From Oscillospiraceae bacterium (GTDB taxonomy: Bacteria; Bacillota; Clostridia; Oscillospirales; CAG-272), in assembly GCA_015064135.1 (NCBI GenBank), contig SVSU01000001.1:1-62809 (forward strand): a stretch of DNA of 62,809 nucleotides, written 5' to 3'. Positions 18,956-28,112 of this stretch are shown here, piece by piece. Below the pieces are notes generated by a model that saw nothing but the letters and a program-made list of their open reading frames with translations, was not told the origin of the DNA and did not search any database. A program made the position numbers and the translations under genes. Within the stretch, counting starts at the first letter, position 1; each line of letters opens with the position of its first letter.

Positions 18956-19585
18956 ATGAAAAACACACTTCTCAAGAAAACAATATGTGCAGCATCTTCC
19001 GTTTTGATGCTTACCCTTACATCCTGCAGTTTAGATGCCGATAAAGTGGATGCAGGGCTTACATGGCTCAACGATATTTCGAAAGTTTACACCGAGACTG
19101 TCTCCACCATGGACAGCCCAGAAAATGCGGCACAGGAAGCAATTTCTCCGACAATGTGGAATAAACTCTCCTCGGGAACATATTTCCTTGATGTGTGCAA
19201 GCCGTATGATTCCTGTTGTGGTTATAGTTGTAGCCTTAGGGTATACTACGCTGCAGATGCCACTGCTTTTTTGATGGCTGGAGATGAATACACCAACGGA
19301 TTGGTATTGTCAGGTTGGAACGAAGGGGTATCATTTGCCCTCTTCAATCTTGAAGGGAAATACAAATCCCTCGAGATGGTGATTGCCCCGGTGGACGGAA
19401 GTCGTGGCCCCAGCGATATTGCCTTTGTGGTGGACGATGTAATTGTTGCCAAATATACGGTGGAGGACTCCGATTATCCAAAGACAATATCTGTTCCCTT
19501 GAAGAACGGCAATCAGTTGATGATCCGAACATTAGAAAATTGTGGGAATGCTTGTACGGGTCTCGGCAATATAATTGTGAAATAA
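18956..19585 (+). CDS. Lipoprotein, possible NPCBM-like carbohydrate-binding fold
   Basis: It has a signal peptide with the lipobox LTLTSC. The C-terminal beta-rich region resembles the NPCBM pattern only loosely. Confidence 0.6.
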   Translation: MKNTLLKKTICAASSVLMLTLTSCSLDADKVDAGLTWLNDISKVYTETVSTMDSPENAAQEAISPTMWNKLSSGTYFLDVCKPYDSCCGYSCSLRVYYAADATAFLMAGDEYTNGLVLSGWNEGVSFALFNLEGKYKSLEMVIAPVDGSRGPSDIAFVVDDVIVAKYTVEDSDYPKTISVPLKNGNQLMIRTLENCGNACTGLGNIIVK

Positions 19586-19635
19586 ACTCCCAAAAACGGA
19601 CAGTGGATAATAGGATTAAACACCTTTGCTCGTTT

Positions 19636-20619
19636 TCAATTCTGCTTAAAAATGCTCTGCTCTGTCAGCAGAGGATAATGCACAGGTTCCGTTCCATCCA
19701 AATCCACGTTGTGCATATCCACCGCCGTGATCTGGCGGTTTCCATAGGTGGTGTAGTAGTAGATTCCCCGTGACGCATTGCAGCATGAGGTGTAGAGGGT
19801 GATGTCGGGCTCACCGTTTTCAAGGATGCAGGAGCCGCGCACCATTTCCACCCCACCGAGGATATGGAAAAATTGTCCTACACAGTCAGCCTCACCCTCC
19901 CCCGAGAGGGAATTCAGCTTGAGAAAGGCGGCTTTGCGGAATCGGGACCCCGACGAAACATCCCCCGGCAGACCTATGGCGCCCATGCCCCTGCTGTAAG
20001 CCGAAAGGGGGTATTTCGCGGAAAAACGGTTCTCAGGCTCCCGTGGGGATAGGTTGATGAGGTCATTCAATCCCTGCATTTGCATGGGAAAGGGAGGATT
20101 GTTGGTAAGCACCCCCACGGGATCGTCGTATACCATAAGCCCATCCGCCACAGACTCAACTGCCACGGCACCCTCACGGTCGGCAATGAGCCAGTGAAGC
20201 TGTGCCGGGGGAACGGTGTCACTGAGGGGTGTGTTTGTTATGTTAAGCTCATCCACAGCATCCAGCACCTCCCTCACCGATGCACAGGTGCCCAGGATCC
20301 ACGGGATAAATTCAAAATGGCATAGGTTTGTCTTTGTGGGCGCCGCATCACGATACACCGCGTTTCCCACAAAATTAAGCCCGGCTATACCGAGCCCCTT
20401 TTCGTTTACCCCGTCGTAGTAAAGGGGGAAGCCGCAGGAGATCTTCTCACCTGCAGTCATGCCGATCATGGCGTAATGGTGTTCAGCGGTCTCCGTGTGG
20501 CGGAAAGGGAAGGGGTAATTCCGCGGCGTTACGGTTACTCTTTCGCCGAAGGATGTCTCATAGTCCAGTGTGCGGCCGAAATAATGGTCTCCGGTGGTGA
20601 TGGATAGGGCAGTGCACAT
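19636..20619 (-). CDS. Choloylglycine hydrolase family (bile salt hydrolase-like Ntn hydrolase)
   Basis: The N-terminal MCTALS provides the Cys2 nucleophile. The 327-aa length and overall sequence are typical of the BSH/PVA family. Confidence 0.8.
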   Translation of the reverse strand: MCTALSITTGDHYFGRTLDYETSFGERVTVTPRNYPFPFRHTETAEHHYAMIGMTAGEKISCGFPLYYDGVNEKGLGIAGLNFVGNAVYRDAAPTKTNLCHFEFIPWILGTCASVREVLDAVDELNITNTPLSDTVPPAQLHWLIADREGAVAVESVADGLMVYDDPVGVLTNNPPFPMQMQGLNDLINLSPREPENRFSAKYPLSAYSRGMGAIGLPGDVSSGSRFRKAAFLKLNSLSGEGEADCVGQFFHILGGVEMVRGSCILENGEPDITLYTSCCNASRGIYYYTTYGNRQITAVDMHNVDLDGTEPVHYPLLTEQSIFKQN

Positions 20620-20635
20620 GAAAATGCCTCCGAGA

Positions 20636-20684
20636 ATGAAAAAAGCGCTTTGGTTTTAGTTTAACCGAAAGCGCTTTGTTTTAT
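20636..20684 (-). terminator. Intrinsic terminator after the CNNM/CorC gene
   Basis: AAAGCGCTTTGG pairs with CCGAAAGCGCTTT, and T-runs lie on both strands. Confidence 0.5.
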
Positions 20685-20694
20685 TTGATTTGCG

Positions 20695-22086
20695 TCAGTC
20701 TTTGTCGTCGGATTTTTTATCCTTTTTTCTGTCACGGTCCCGTTCGTCCTCGTCATCATCGTCATCCTCCTCCTCGGACTCGGGGAGAGTGAGCACAACG
20801 GTCATCCTTTCGATGCGATGATCCTTGATTTCCGTTACCTTGATGTGAAGCGGTTCAAGCTCAAGCTCGAATTCCGTACCGTCCTCGGGAACGATACCGT
20901 AGTTGGAGAACACATATCCGCCCATGGTGTCATACTTGTCCGTGGGCATTTCGATTCCCAGCTCCTCCGCCACTTCTTCAAGGGGGGAGATGCCGCGGAT
21001 CACCCATGTATTCTCGTCGATTTTTTCCATATCGGGTTCTTCGTGCTCGGCGGCTTCCATGTCCGCAATGTCGCCCACAAGCTGCTGGAGGATGTCGTTC
21101 ATGGTAACGATGCCCATCAGTCCGCCGTATTCGTCAAGAACAACGGCAAAATGCTGCTTTGTGTCCTTCATCTGCTTGAACAGGACGTCAGCATGGATTC
21201 CTTCGGGAACGAAGTAAGCCTGCTTGACCGCCTCTTTTACGATGGTTTCCTTATCCGCGCTGCGGAGTCGGAAGAAGTCTTTGATATTCAGTACACCCAC
21301 AACCTCGTCAATGGTCTCGCCGCAGACGGGGTACATGAGGTGACGGGTTTCATGAATGATCTTTTCCCATTCCTCGATGCCGTCCTCCATCCAAAGGGGA
21401 GTGATGTCTGTTCGATGTGTAGCAAAGTCGCTGACGGTCAGGTCGTCGAACTCGAACACGTTCTCAATGAGCTCCTGCTCCTGCTCGTCGATGATACCCT
21501 TCTGGCTTCCCTCATCCACCATGAGGCGGATCTCTTCCTCGCTCACATCGTCCTCTGTTTCGTTGGGGTCAATGCCGAGGAGACGGAGAATACCGTTTGT
21601 TGACACGGAAAGGAGCCATACAATAGGTGTGAACAGTTTGGCAACGCCGCACAGCATACCCGACATAGCGAGAGCAAGCTTTTCGCTTTTGCGCATAGCC
21701 AGTCTCTTCGGAACAAGTTCGCCGAGAATGAGGGTGCAGTAAGAGAGAACCAGCGTGATAAGTACGACAGATATGGTTTCCACCATTGCCGCATTGAGCT
21801 TGATTCCCGCAGAGAGAACAGCATCCACAATAAGCCCCGAGAAATTATCCGCAGCGAACGCACTTCCGAGGAATCCGGAGAGGGTGATCGCTACCTGGAT
21901 TGTCGAAAGGAATTTTTCGGGTTTGTCTTTAAGTTTTTTTAGTTTTTTTGCCCTTTTGTCGCCCTGTTCTTCCAGTTTTGCCAGTTTTGCATCACTGACT
22001 GAAATTACGGCGATCTCCGCGCAGGCAAATATCGCGTTCAGTAGTATAAGTATAAGCTGCAGTAACAGTTGTCCCCAGATACCCAT
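20695..22086 (-). CDS. Hemolysin-family / CNNM (DUF21)-CBS-CorC_HlyC membrane protein with poly-acidic C-terminal tail
   Basis: The N-terminus (LNAIFACAEIAVISV) is DUF21-type. CBS-pair and CorC-like regions follow. The tail reads EEEDDDDDEDERDRDRKKDKK. Confidence 0.9.
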   Translation of the reverse strand: MGIWGQLLLQLILILLNAIFACAEIAVISVSDAKLAKLEEQGDKRAKKLKKLKDKPEKFLSTIQVAITLSGFLGSAFAADNFSGLIVDAVLSAGIKLNAAMVETISVVLITLVLSYCTLILGELVPKRLAMRKSEKLALAMSGMLCGVAKLFTPIVWLLSVSTNGILRLLGIDPNETEDDVSEEEIRLMVDEGSQKGIIDEQEQELIENVFEFDDLTVSDFATHRTDITPLWMEDGIEEWEKIIHETRHLMYPVCGETIDEVVGVLNIKDFFRLRSADKETIVKEAVKQAYFVPEGIHADVLFKQMKDTKQHFAVVLDEYGGLMGIVTMNDILQQLVGDIADMEAAEHEEPDMEKIDENTWVIRGISPLEEVAEELGIEMPTDKYDTMGGYVFSNYGIVPEDGTEFELELEPLHIKVTEIKDHRIERMTVVLTLPESEEEDDDDDEDERDRDRKKDKKSDDKD

Positions 22087-22367
22087 AAAATAAAACTTTC
22101 CTTATATAATGTATTTTGCGGCAGATATCCGCAATATGTGAAAAAGCAAAATTGAATTTTATGATGCCGATCAGGTCAACATATTATGTCCCGCAATGGG
22201 GAATGAGTATCCCGGAAACCGTTCCAGATACGACTTGAGCCTTGCGTGCTCCCTTGAAACAAAAAGCCTCACGGAACATCGCCCGTTGCAGCCTGTACTG
22301 TCTCCGCCGTCCACAATATACCTCCGTTTGAAAAATGGTAGAAGGTGTGTACACCTATGTGGTTATC

Positions 22368-22396
22368 ATTATATCATGCTGATATGCAAATGTCAA
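22368..22396 (-). promoter_or_regulatory. Sigma-A-type promoter driving a ~275-nt leader of the CNNM/CorC gene
   Basis: On the minus strand, TTGACA (22391-22396) is followed by 17 nt and then TATAAT (22368-22373). Confidence 0.5.
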
Positions 22397-22485
22397 GAGA
22401 TACGGGCGGAAAAGAAAATTTGGCTGAAAATCAAGTATTCGACAAATACATCCCCATCCCATAATGGGACAGTGGGACTTTTTTA

Positions 22486-22845
22486 TGACCCGAGGGGGAA
22501 TCGAACCCGGTCGCAATTTCCTTCGGAAACAGCTCCGGGGGTATCTCAAGCCCCACTTGAAATAAAAAAATAACTCCCATGTCTTTGACATGAGAGTTGC
22601 TTTTATGCCCCGAGGTGGAATCGAACCCTGTCGCAATTTCCTTCGGAAATAGCTCCGGGGGTATCTCAAGCCCCACTTGAAATAAAAAAACAACTCCCAT
22701 GTCTTTGACATGAGAGTTGTTTTTATGACCCGAGGGGGAATCGAACCCGGTCGCAATTTCCTTCGGAAACAGCTCCGGGGGTATCTCAAGCCCCACTTGA
22801 AATAAAAAACAACTCCCATGTCTTTGACATGAGAGTTGTTTTTTA
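22486..22845 (-). repeat. Three 120-bp tandem units, each a 67-nt tRNA-like module plus a 13-bp-stem terminator hairpin
   Basis: Units start at 22486, 22606 and 22726; the real tRNA-Glu follows in phase at 22846. The modules span 22486-22552, 22606-22672 and 22726-22792. The hairpins span 22571-22599, 22691-22719 and 22810-22838. Confidence 0.85.
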
Positions 22846-22917
22846 TGACCCGAGGGGGAATCGAACCCCCGTTACTGCCGTGAAAGGGCGGTGTCTTAGC
22901 CGCTTGACCATCGGGCC
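22846..22917 (-). tRNA. tRNA-Glu (UUC), CCA not encoded
   Basis: The sequence GGCCCGATGGTCAAGCGGCTAAGACACCGCCCTTTCACGGCAGTAACGGGGGTTCGATTCCCCCTCGGGTCA forms a cloverleaf with anticodon TTC. The 3' flank is TAAAAA. Confidence 0.9.
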
Positions 22918-22940
22918 TTAAAACACGATTTACCAAAGTT

Positions 22941-23015
22941 TGGTGACCCGAGGGGGAATCGAACCCCCGTTACTGCCGTGAAAGGGCGGTGTCTTAGCCG
23001 CTTGACCATCGGGCC
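22941..23015 (-). tRNA. tRNA-Glu (UUC), CCA encoded
   Basis: Its body is identical to the copy at 22846-22917, and it ends in CCA. Confidence 0.9.
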
Positions 23016-23038
23016 GAGTAACTTTGGTAAAATCGTGT

Positions 23039-23115
23039 TGGTAGCGGAAGTTGGACTTGAACCCACGACCTATCGGGTATGAACCGATTGCTCTAGCCAG
23101 CTGAGCTATTCCGCC
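23039..23115 (-). tRNA. tRNA-Met (CAU), elongator-like, CCA encoded
   Basis: GGCGGAATAGCTCAGCTGGCTAGAGCAATCGGTTCATACCCGATAGGTCGTGGGTTCAAGTCCAACTTCCGCTACCA carries a CAT anticodon loop. Confidence 0.9.
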
Positions 23116-23176
23116 ATTTGTTATCAAAAGATGAACTTTTTAATAACTTTCTGTGTTCTGTGCCGAACACGATGAT

Positions 23177-23205
23177 ATTATATCATAAAAGGATTCTTTT
23201 GTCAA
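23177..23205 (-). promoter_or_regulatory. Sigma-A-type promoter of the tRNA operon
   Basis: On the minus strand, TTGACA (23200-23205) is followed by 17 nt and then TATAAT (23177-23182). Confidence 0.6.
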
Positions 23206-23289
23206 CACCTTTTTTCAAAATATTCCTGTTTTTTTCATGTTGGTTTTTTTGCGTTTTTTCACCCGTTTTTTCCGCTGTGCTTTATTCTT

Positions 23290-23922
23290 TTAATATTCAA
23301 ATCCCAGAATATCGGAAAGCATTTCGAGGATCTTGAACCGAACTTTGTATGCGGCGGAAGAATCTTTTTGGATCATGCGGTACTGCTCCGGTGTAAAGCC
23401 TGCGGCAATATAATCTGCTTCGGCTGTCCCTTCATCCTTTTCCGCTTCTTTCACTATGGAGAAAGAATTGCAGATGGACGGGAACAAAACGCACCACCAG
23501 TTTTTTCCCGCCCCTTTTCCGATGATGATCTTCAAGGAGGTATACTGTCCCGAGGGAAGGGAAACATCTTCGTAAACACGGGTGGGATATTCTTCCCACA
23601 CCAGCTCTGCGGAGGCGGTATGGGCATATCCGTTTGCTTTTATTGTTTCCTCCGCTGTGGCTTTTATGCGTTCGCATTCCTCCTCAAGCAGTCGGCAGGC
23701 TTCGAGGTGATCGGTGCAGTCCTCAAGGAGGGGGGAAATATGGGCAAGAACCGCATCACGAACCTTCAGTTTCAGTGCCTGCTCCTCCGGGGAATCGGAC
23801 TCTGCGAGAACATGGAGGCGGATTGTGTTTTCATAGACGATCTCTTCTCCGTGAACGGGGAGAAAAGAAAGCAGAACGGCGGTAAGCAGAAGGGATGCGG
23901 CAAGGGAAGCGATAATTTTCAT
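23290..23922 (-). CDS. spoIIR: Stage II sporulation protein R
   Basis: It has a signal or anchor sequence followed by IRLHVLAESDSPEEQALKLKVRDAV and GKNWWCVLFPSIC, which are SpoIIR hallmarks. Confidence 0.85.
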   Translation of the reverse strand: MKIIASLAASLLLTAVLLSFLPVHGEEIVYENTIRLHVLAESDSPEEQALKLKVRDAVLAHISPLLEDCTDHLEACRLLEEECERIKATAEETIKANGYAHTASAELVWEEYPTRVYEDVSLPSGQYTSLKIIIGKGAGKNWWCVLFPSICNSFSIVKEAEKDEGTAEADYIAAGFTPEQYRMIQKDSSAAYKVRFKILEMLSDILGFEY

Positions 23923-24115
23923 ATGTACTCTCCTCATACTATAAATAGGTTGAAAAACGTATAAAGCAGGTATGCTCTTTGGTTAGGATGAACGAACAGA
24001 AGGGGCTTTATTCATGCAGTTTGACAATTTTTTATTGTTTTCTGATTAACTGTGGATATTTTCGGTCAAATGTGCTATACTGTGTCCATTCCAGTAAACA
24101 AAAATTGAGGTATAT

Positions 24116-25471
24116 ATGAAAATAATCATTGTGGGCGGCGGAAAAGTAGGCGTGACTCTTGCAGAATCTCTTCGTGCGGAAGATCACGACATTGCCATTG
24201 TGGACCCCGACGGTGATGTGATCGAGTATGTCTCTACGGAATACGATATTCTCGGGATTCAAGGTTCCGGCGTATGCTGCGGAGATTTGAGAGAAGCGGG
24301 GGCTGAGCGTGCGGATCTTTTGATCGCCACATCCTCCCTTGACGAGCTGAATATTCTCTCCTGTGTCATCGCCAGCCGAATGGGGACACATCGATGCATT
24401 GCCCGTGTCCGCGACCCCAATCTGACGGGGCAGCTTCCTTTCATGAGAGACAAGCTGGGGCTTTCCGCTATGGTGAATCCCGAGCTTTACGCGGCAGGGG
24501 AGATCTCCCGAATCGTGAGAATGCCCTCCGCGATCCGAGTGGACTCCTTTGCAAAGGGGCGAATCGACCTTGCCGAGATCAAGGTAGAGGCGGAGAGCAG
24601 GCTTTGCGGTCTGAAACTGAGTATGCTTCCTTCCATTTTCAAGTCAAAGCTTTTGATATGCGCGGTAAACCGTGATAATGACGTTATCATCCCGGGCGGT
24701 GACTTTGAGCTGAAGGCAGGAGACAAGATTCATGTAACAGCGCCTCATGCCGATCTCGCCTCCTTCTTCAAAGAGCTTGGGATGTATAATCAGAAGATAC
24801 GCAATGTTATGCTGGTGGGAGGCGGAAGGATCGCCTATTACCTGACGAAGCAGCTCCTTGATTCGGGTATTTCCGTAAAGATCATTGAGATGGATCATGA
24901 CCGATGCCTCGAGCTGAGCAGTGCCTTCCCGAAAGCAAAGATCATCTGCGCGGACGGAACCGATCAGGACATTCTTATAAGCGAAGGGCTCAGCACCGCG
25001 GATGCGTTTGTTGCCCTGACGGGAGTGGATGAGGAGAACATTATTCTTTCCATGTATGCAAAGCAGCAGGGGGCGGCAAAGGTCATTACAAAGATCAACA
25101 AGCCCACTCTGAAGCAGATGACGGAAAGTGTGGGACTTGACAGTCTCATCTCACCTAAGATGCTGACCGCGGATATGATTACTCAATATGTGCGCGCGGT
25201 GCAGAACTCCGGGGGAAGCAGTATTTCAACCCTCTATAAGCTCCTTGACGGACAGGTTGAAGCCATAGAGTTTGTGGCAAGGGAGGGAAGCCGAGTGCTG
25301 GATGTGCCGCTGTTCCATCTTCAGCTCAAGCCAAATCTGCTCATTGCCGGAATCATTCGAGGGGGGAAGGTAATCATCCCCTCAGGCAGAGACTGCATCG
25401 AAGCGGAGGACAGTGTCATCGTTGTAACCGCCAACCGCTATTTCATGGATCTTGACGAAATATTGGCGTAA
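24116..25471 (+). CDS. trkA: Trk potassium uptake system, NAD-binding subunit TrkA
   Basis: MKIIIVGGGKVGVTLA is a Rossmann motif, and a second one is VMLVGGGRIAYYL. The domain layout is double RCK. Confidence 0.9.
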   Translation: MKIIIVGGGKVGVTLAESLRAEDHDIAIVDPDGDVIEYVSTEYDILGIQGSGVCCGDLREAGAERADLLIATSSLDELNILSCVIASRMGTHRCIARVRDPNLTGQLPFMRDKLGLSAMVNPELYAAGEISRIVRMPSAIRVDSFAKGRIDLAEIKVEAESRLCGLKLSMLPSIFKSKLLICAVNRDNDVIIPGGDFELKAGDKIHVTAPHADLASFFKELGMYNQKIRNVMLVGGGRIAYYLTKQLLDSGISVKIIEMDHDRCLELSSAFPKAKIICADGTDQDILISEGLSTADAFVALTGVDEENIILSMYAKQQGAAKVITKINKPTLKQMTESVGLDSLISPKMLTADMITQYVRAVQNSGGSSISTLYKLLDGQVEAIEFVAREGSRVLDVPLFHLQLKPNLLIAGIIRGGKVIIPSGRDCIEAEDSVIVVTANRYFMDLDEILA

Positions 25472-25480
25472 ATACCTTTT

Positions 25481-26965
25481 TTGAAGTGGAGATGGTGTGT
25501 TTTGAATAAACGGATCATTGTATATAGTTTGGGAAAACTGATGGTTATGGCAGCTGCGTTGTTTCTTGCTCCGGCGCTGGTTTCCCTGATTTTCAGAGAG
25601 GGACGGGCATTCTGTTTTCTTATTCCCGGCTTTCTTATGTTTGCGGCAGGTGCCCTGTGCCTCAGATTCAAGCCAAAGAGACATAAATCCTATGCAAAAG
25701 AGGGATTTGTAACGGTTGCTTTCATGTGGATCGCTTTTTCGGTATTCGGAGCGCTTCCTTTTATGCTTGACGGCTGTATTCCTTCCTTTGTGGATGCTTT
25801 TTTTGAGACGGTTTCGGGGTTCACCACCACCGGTTCCACCATTCTCACCGATGTGGAATCTCTGGCAAGGTCTCTGCTGTTCTGGCGAAGCTTTACCCAT
25901 TGGGTAGGCGGTATGGGGGTACTTGCCCTTGCCATTGCCGTCCTCCCCAGCTCACGGGGAAATGATGATGAACGGGATTCCGCAGTTCATTTGCTGAGGG
26001 CAGAGTCTCCCGGCCCCACCTTCGGCAAGCTGGTTTCCAAACTGAGCAGAAATTCAAGGATCCTCTACGGTATATACACTGTCATGACCCTTTGTGAGAT
26101 CGTCCTTCTCCTCGCCGGCGGTATGCCCCTCTTTGACAGCATTGTAAATTCCTTCGGAACGGCGGGAACAGGAGGCTTCGGTATCAAAAATGCCAGTATC
26201 GGATTTTACGATAGTGCCTATTTTGATTATGTGATCGGCATTTTCATGATACTTTTCGGTGTAAATTTCAACGTTTACTATTTTCTTCTCACGGGAAATC
26301 TGCTGAAGTTTTTGAAAAGCGAGGAGATCAAGTGGTACTTCGGCATCATTGCGGCTGCAGTGGGTGTGATTACCGTCAATATCGCTTCCCTCTGCGATTC
26401 CGTCGGCGAGGCTTTGCGGTATGCATTTTTTCAGGTGGCATCCATCATCACCACCACGGGATTTGTCACCGCGGATTACGAGCTTTGGCCCACATTGTCA
26501 AAAACGGTGCTTGTTTTGCTTATGTTTATCGGTGCCTGCGCTGGCTCAACGGGAGGCGGATTGAAGGTTTCCCGTGTGATCATTCTGCTCAAAACGGCAG
26601 TGAAGGAACTGCGTTACCAGATCAACCCCAGGGAGGTTCGTGCGGTCCGCTGTGACGGCGAGCCCGTGGATCACAGCGTGGTAACGGGGGTCAGCTCATA
26701 TTTCGGTATCTACATGATTATTATGGCTCTGTCCACACTTCTCATTTCCTTTGATGGGAAGGATCCCACTACCACATTTACCGCGGTGACAGCCTGTCTC
26801 AACAACATCGGTCCCGGTCTTTCCGAGGTGGGGGCTACGGGAAATTTCTCGGGCTTCTCCGACTTTGCCAAACTGGTTCTGTCCTTTGATATGCTGGCAG
26901 GCCGTCTGGAACTGTACCCAATGCTCATTGCCTTCTCTCCGTCCATGTGGAAGAGATCCCTTTGA
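25481..26965 (+). CDS. trkH: Trk potassium uptake system membrane subunit TrkH (start uncertain: TTG 25481 or TTG 25502)
   Basis: It is a polytopic membrane protein with GFTTTGS and TTTGF selectivity-filter-like motifs. It lies immediately downstream of trkA. Confidence 0.9.
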   Translation: MKWRWCVLNKRIIVYSLGKLMVMAAALFLAPALVSLIFREGRAFCFLIPGFLMFAAGALCLRFKPKRHKSYAKEGFVTVAFMWIAFSVFGALPFMLDGCIPSFVDAFFETVSGFTTTGSTILTDVESLARSLLFWRSFTHWVGGMGVLALAIAVLPSSRGNDDERDSAVHLLRAESPGPTFGKLVSKLSRNSRILYGIYTVMTLCEIVLLLAGGMPLFDSIVNSFGTAGTGGFGIKNASIGFYDSAYFDYVIGIFMILFGVNFNVYYFLLTGNLLKFLKSEEIKWYFGIIAAAVGVITVNIASLCDSVGEALRYAFFQVASIITTTGFVTADYELWPTLSKTVLVLLMFIGACAGSTGGGLKVSRVIILLKTAVKELRYQINPREVRAVRCDGEPVDHSVVTGVSSYFGIYMIIMALSTLLISFDGKDPTTTFTAVTACLNNIGPGLSEVGATGNFSGFSDFAKLVLSFDMLAGRLELYPMLIAFSPSMWKRSL

Positions 26966-26998
26966 CGGACAGAATCTTTTGAAAGGAATGGTCTCTGT

Positions 26999-27469
26999 AT
27001 GGTAAAAACAAACGCACTCCGTCTCCTTGAGGTGGCAGGGATCACAACGGAGGTTACGGAATACACCGTGGACGAGAGCGATCTCTCGGGAGTCCATGTG
27101 GCGGAGGTGATCGGTGCCGACCCCGACACGGTATTCAAAACCTTGGTATGCCGCGGCGACAAAAACGGAATCAACGTGTTCGTTATTCCCGTGGCGGCGG
27201 AGCTGGACTTGAAGAAATGTGCCGCCGTGTCGAAAAACAAAAAGGTGGAAATGATCGGCGTGAAGGAGATCCTCGGCGTAACGGGGTATATCCGCGGCGG
27301 CTGCTCCCCCGTGGGGATGAAGAAGAAGTACCCCACCTACATGGACGAGACCGCAGTTCTCTTCGACGGAATTTATGTCAGCGCAGGGGTGAGAGGGATG
27401 CAGATGAAGGTAAACCCGGAGGAGCTGGCGGCATATGTGGGCGCGGAATTCTGTGACCTGACCATGTGA
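26999..27469 (+). CDS. ybaK: Cys-tRNA(Pro)/Cys-tRNA(Cys) deacylase YbaK
   Basis: The 156-aa ORF has a YbaK/EbsC-like sequence (FKTLVCRGDKNG, GYIRGGCSPVGMKKK). Confidence 0.85.
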   Translation: MVKTNALRLLEVAGITTEVTEYTVDESDLSGVHVAEVIGADPDTVFKTLVCRGDKNGINVFVIPVAAELDLKKCAAVSKNKKVEMIGVKEILGVTGYIRGGCSPVGMKKKYPTYMDETAVLFDGIYVSAGVRGMQMKVNPEELAAYVGAEFCDLTM

Positions 27470-27542
27470 GGCGGAAGGGGAACCCATGCATAATCCACTC
27501 GGCTTTAAGTGGGCTTCATGTTGAACAATATGGTGAATAGTA

Positions 27543-28112
27543 ATGGAAAACGAATTGCCGAAAAGAAAACCGACAAGGTTAAAGAATTTTGATTACAGTT
27601 CATCGGGAGCATATTTTTTGACGATATGTACGGAAAACAGGCGTCAGATATTGTCACGTGTTCTTGTAGGGGGCGACGTCCCCGACGCCCCGAAGCACTC
27701 TCAATTGAACGGTGTGCAGGTGTGTTTGTCGCAATATGGAATAATTGCCGATAAATACATAAATAGTATAAATGAATTCTATGAGTGGCTTTGTGTGGAC
27801 AGTTATGTGATTATGCCAAATCATATTCATATATTGCTGTTTGTGAAATCAGAGGATGACTTGTCGGAGCCATGCGGTAACGGGGCGTCGAGGACGTCGC
27901 CCCCTACGGTGAAGCAGCATTCGGCAGTTTCGCGGTTTGTTTCAACATTCAAACGCTTTTGCAACAAGGAATACGGCTGTAATATATGGCAAAGAAGTTT
28001 TTTTGACCATATTATTTGTGGCCGTGAAAATTACAGAAAGCATTTGCGGTATATATTTGACAATCCGATGCGATGGTTTTTTGATGAACTGTATGAAGAA
28101 TGTTCTGAATAA
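27543..28112 (+). CDS. REP-associated tyrosine transposase (RAYT) / IS200-like Y1 HUH transposase
   Basis: It has an HUH motif (MPNHIHILL) and a C-terminal Tyr motif (YRKHLRYIFDNP). The gene and its flanks are markedly AT-richer than the neighbouring sequence. No second IS ORF is present. Confidence 0.8.
   Translation: MENELPKRKPTRLKNFDYSSSGAYFLTICTENRRQILSRVLVGGDVPDAPKHSQLNGVQVCLSQYGIIADKYINSINEFYEWLCVDSYVIMPNHIHILLFVKSEDDLSEPCGNGASRTSPPTVKQHSAVSRFVSTFKRFCNKEYGCNIWQRSFFDHIICGRENYRKHLRYIFDNPMRWFFDELYEECSE

Noticed and set aside
22486-22845. A possible CRISPR array, given regularly spaced repeats with hairpins.
   Set aside because: The whole 120-bp unit is repeated, including what would be the spacers. 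There are no unique spacers, cas genes or leader.
22355-22936. A 193-aa minus-strand ORF with repeated GSIPPRVIK segments, plus ORFs at 22431-22796 and 22930-23127.
   Set aside because: They result from translating through the tRNA genes and the 120-bp tRNA-like repeats. The periodic peptide simply mirrors the DNA repeat.
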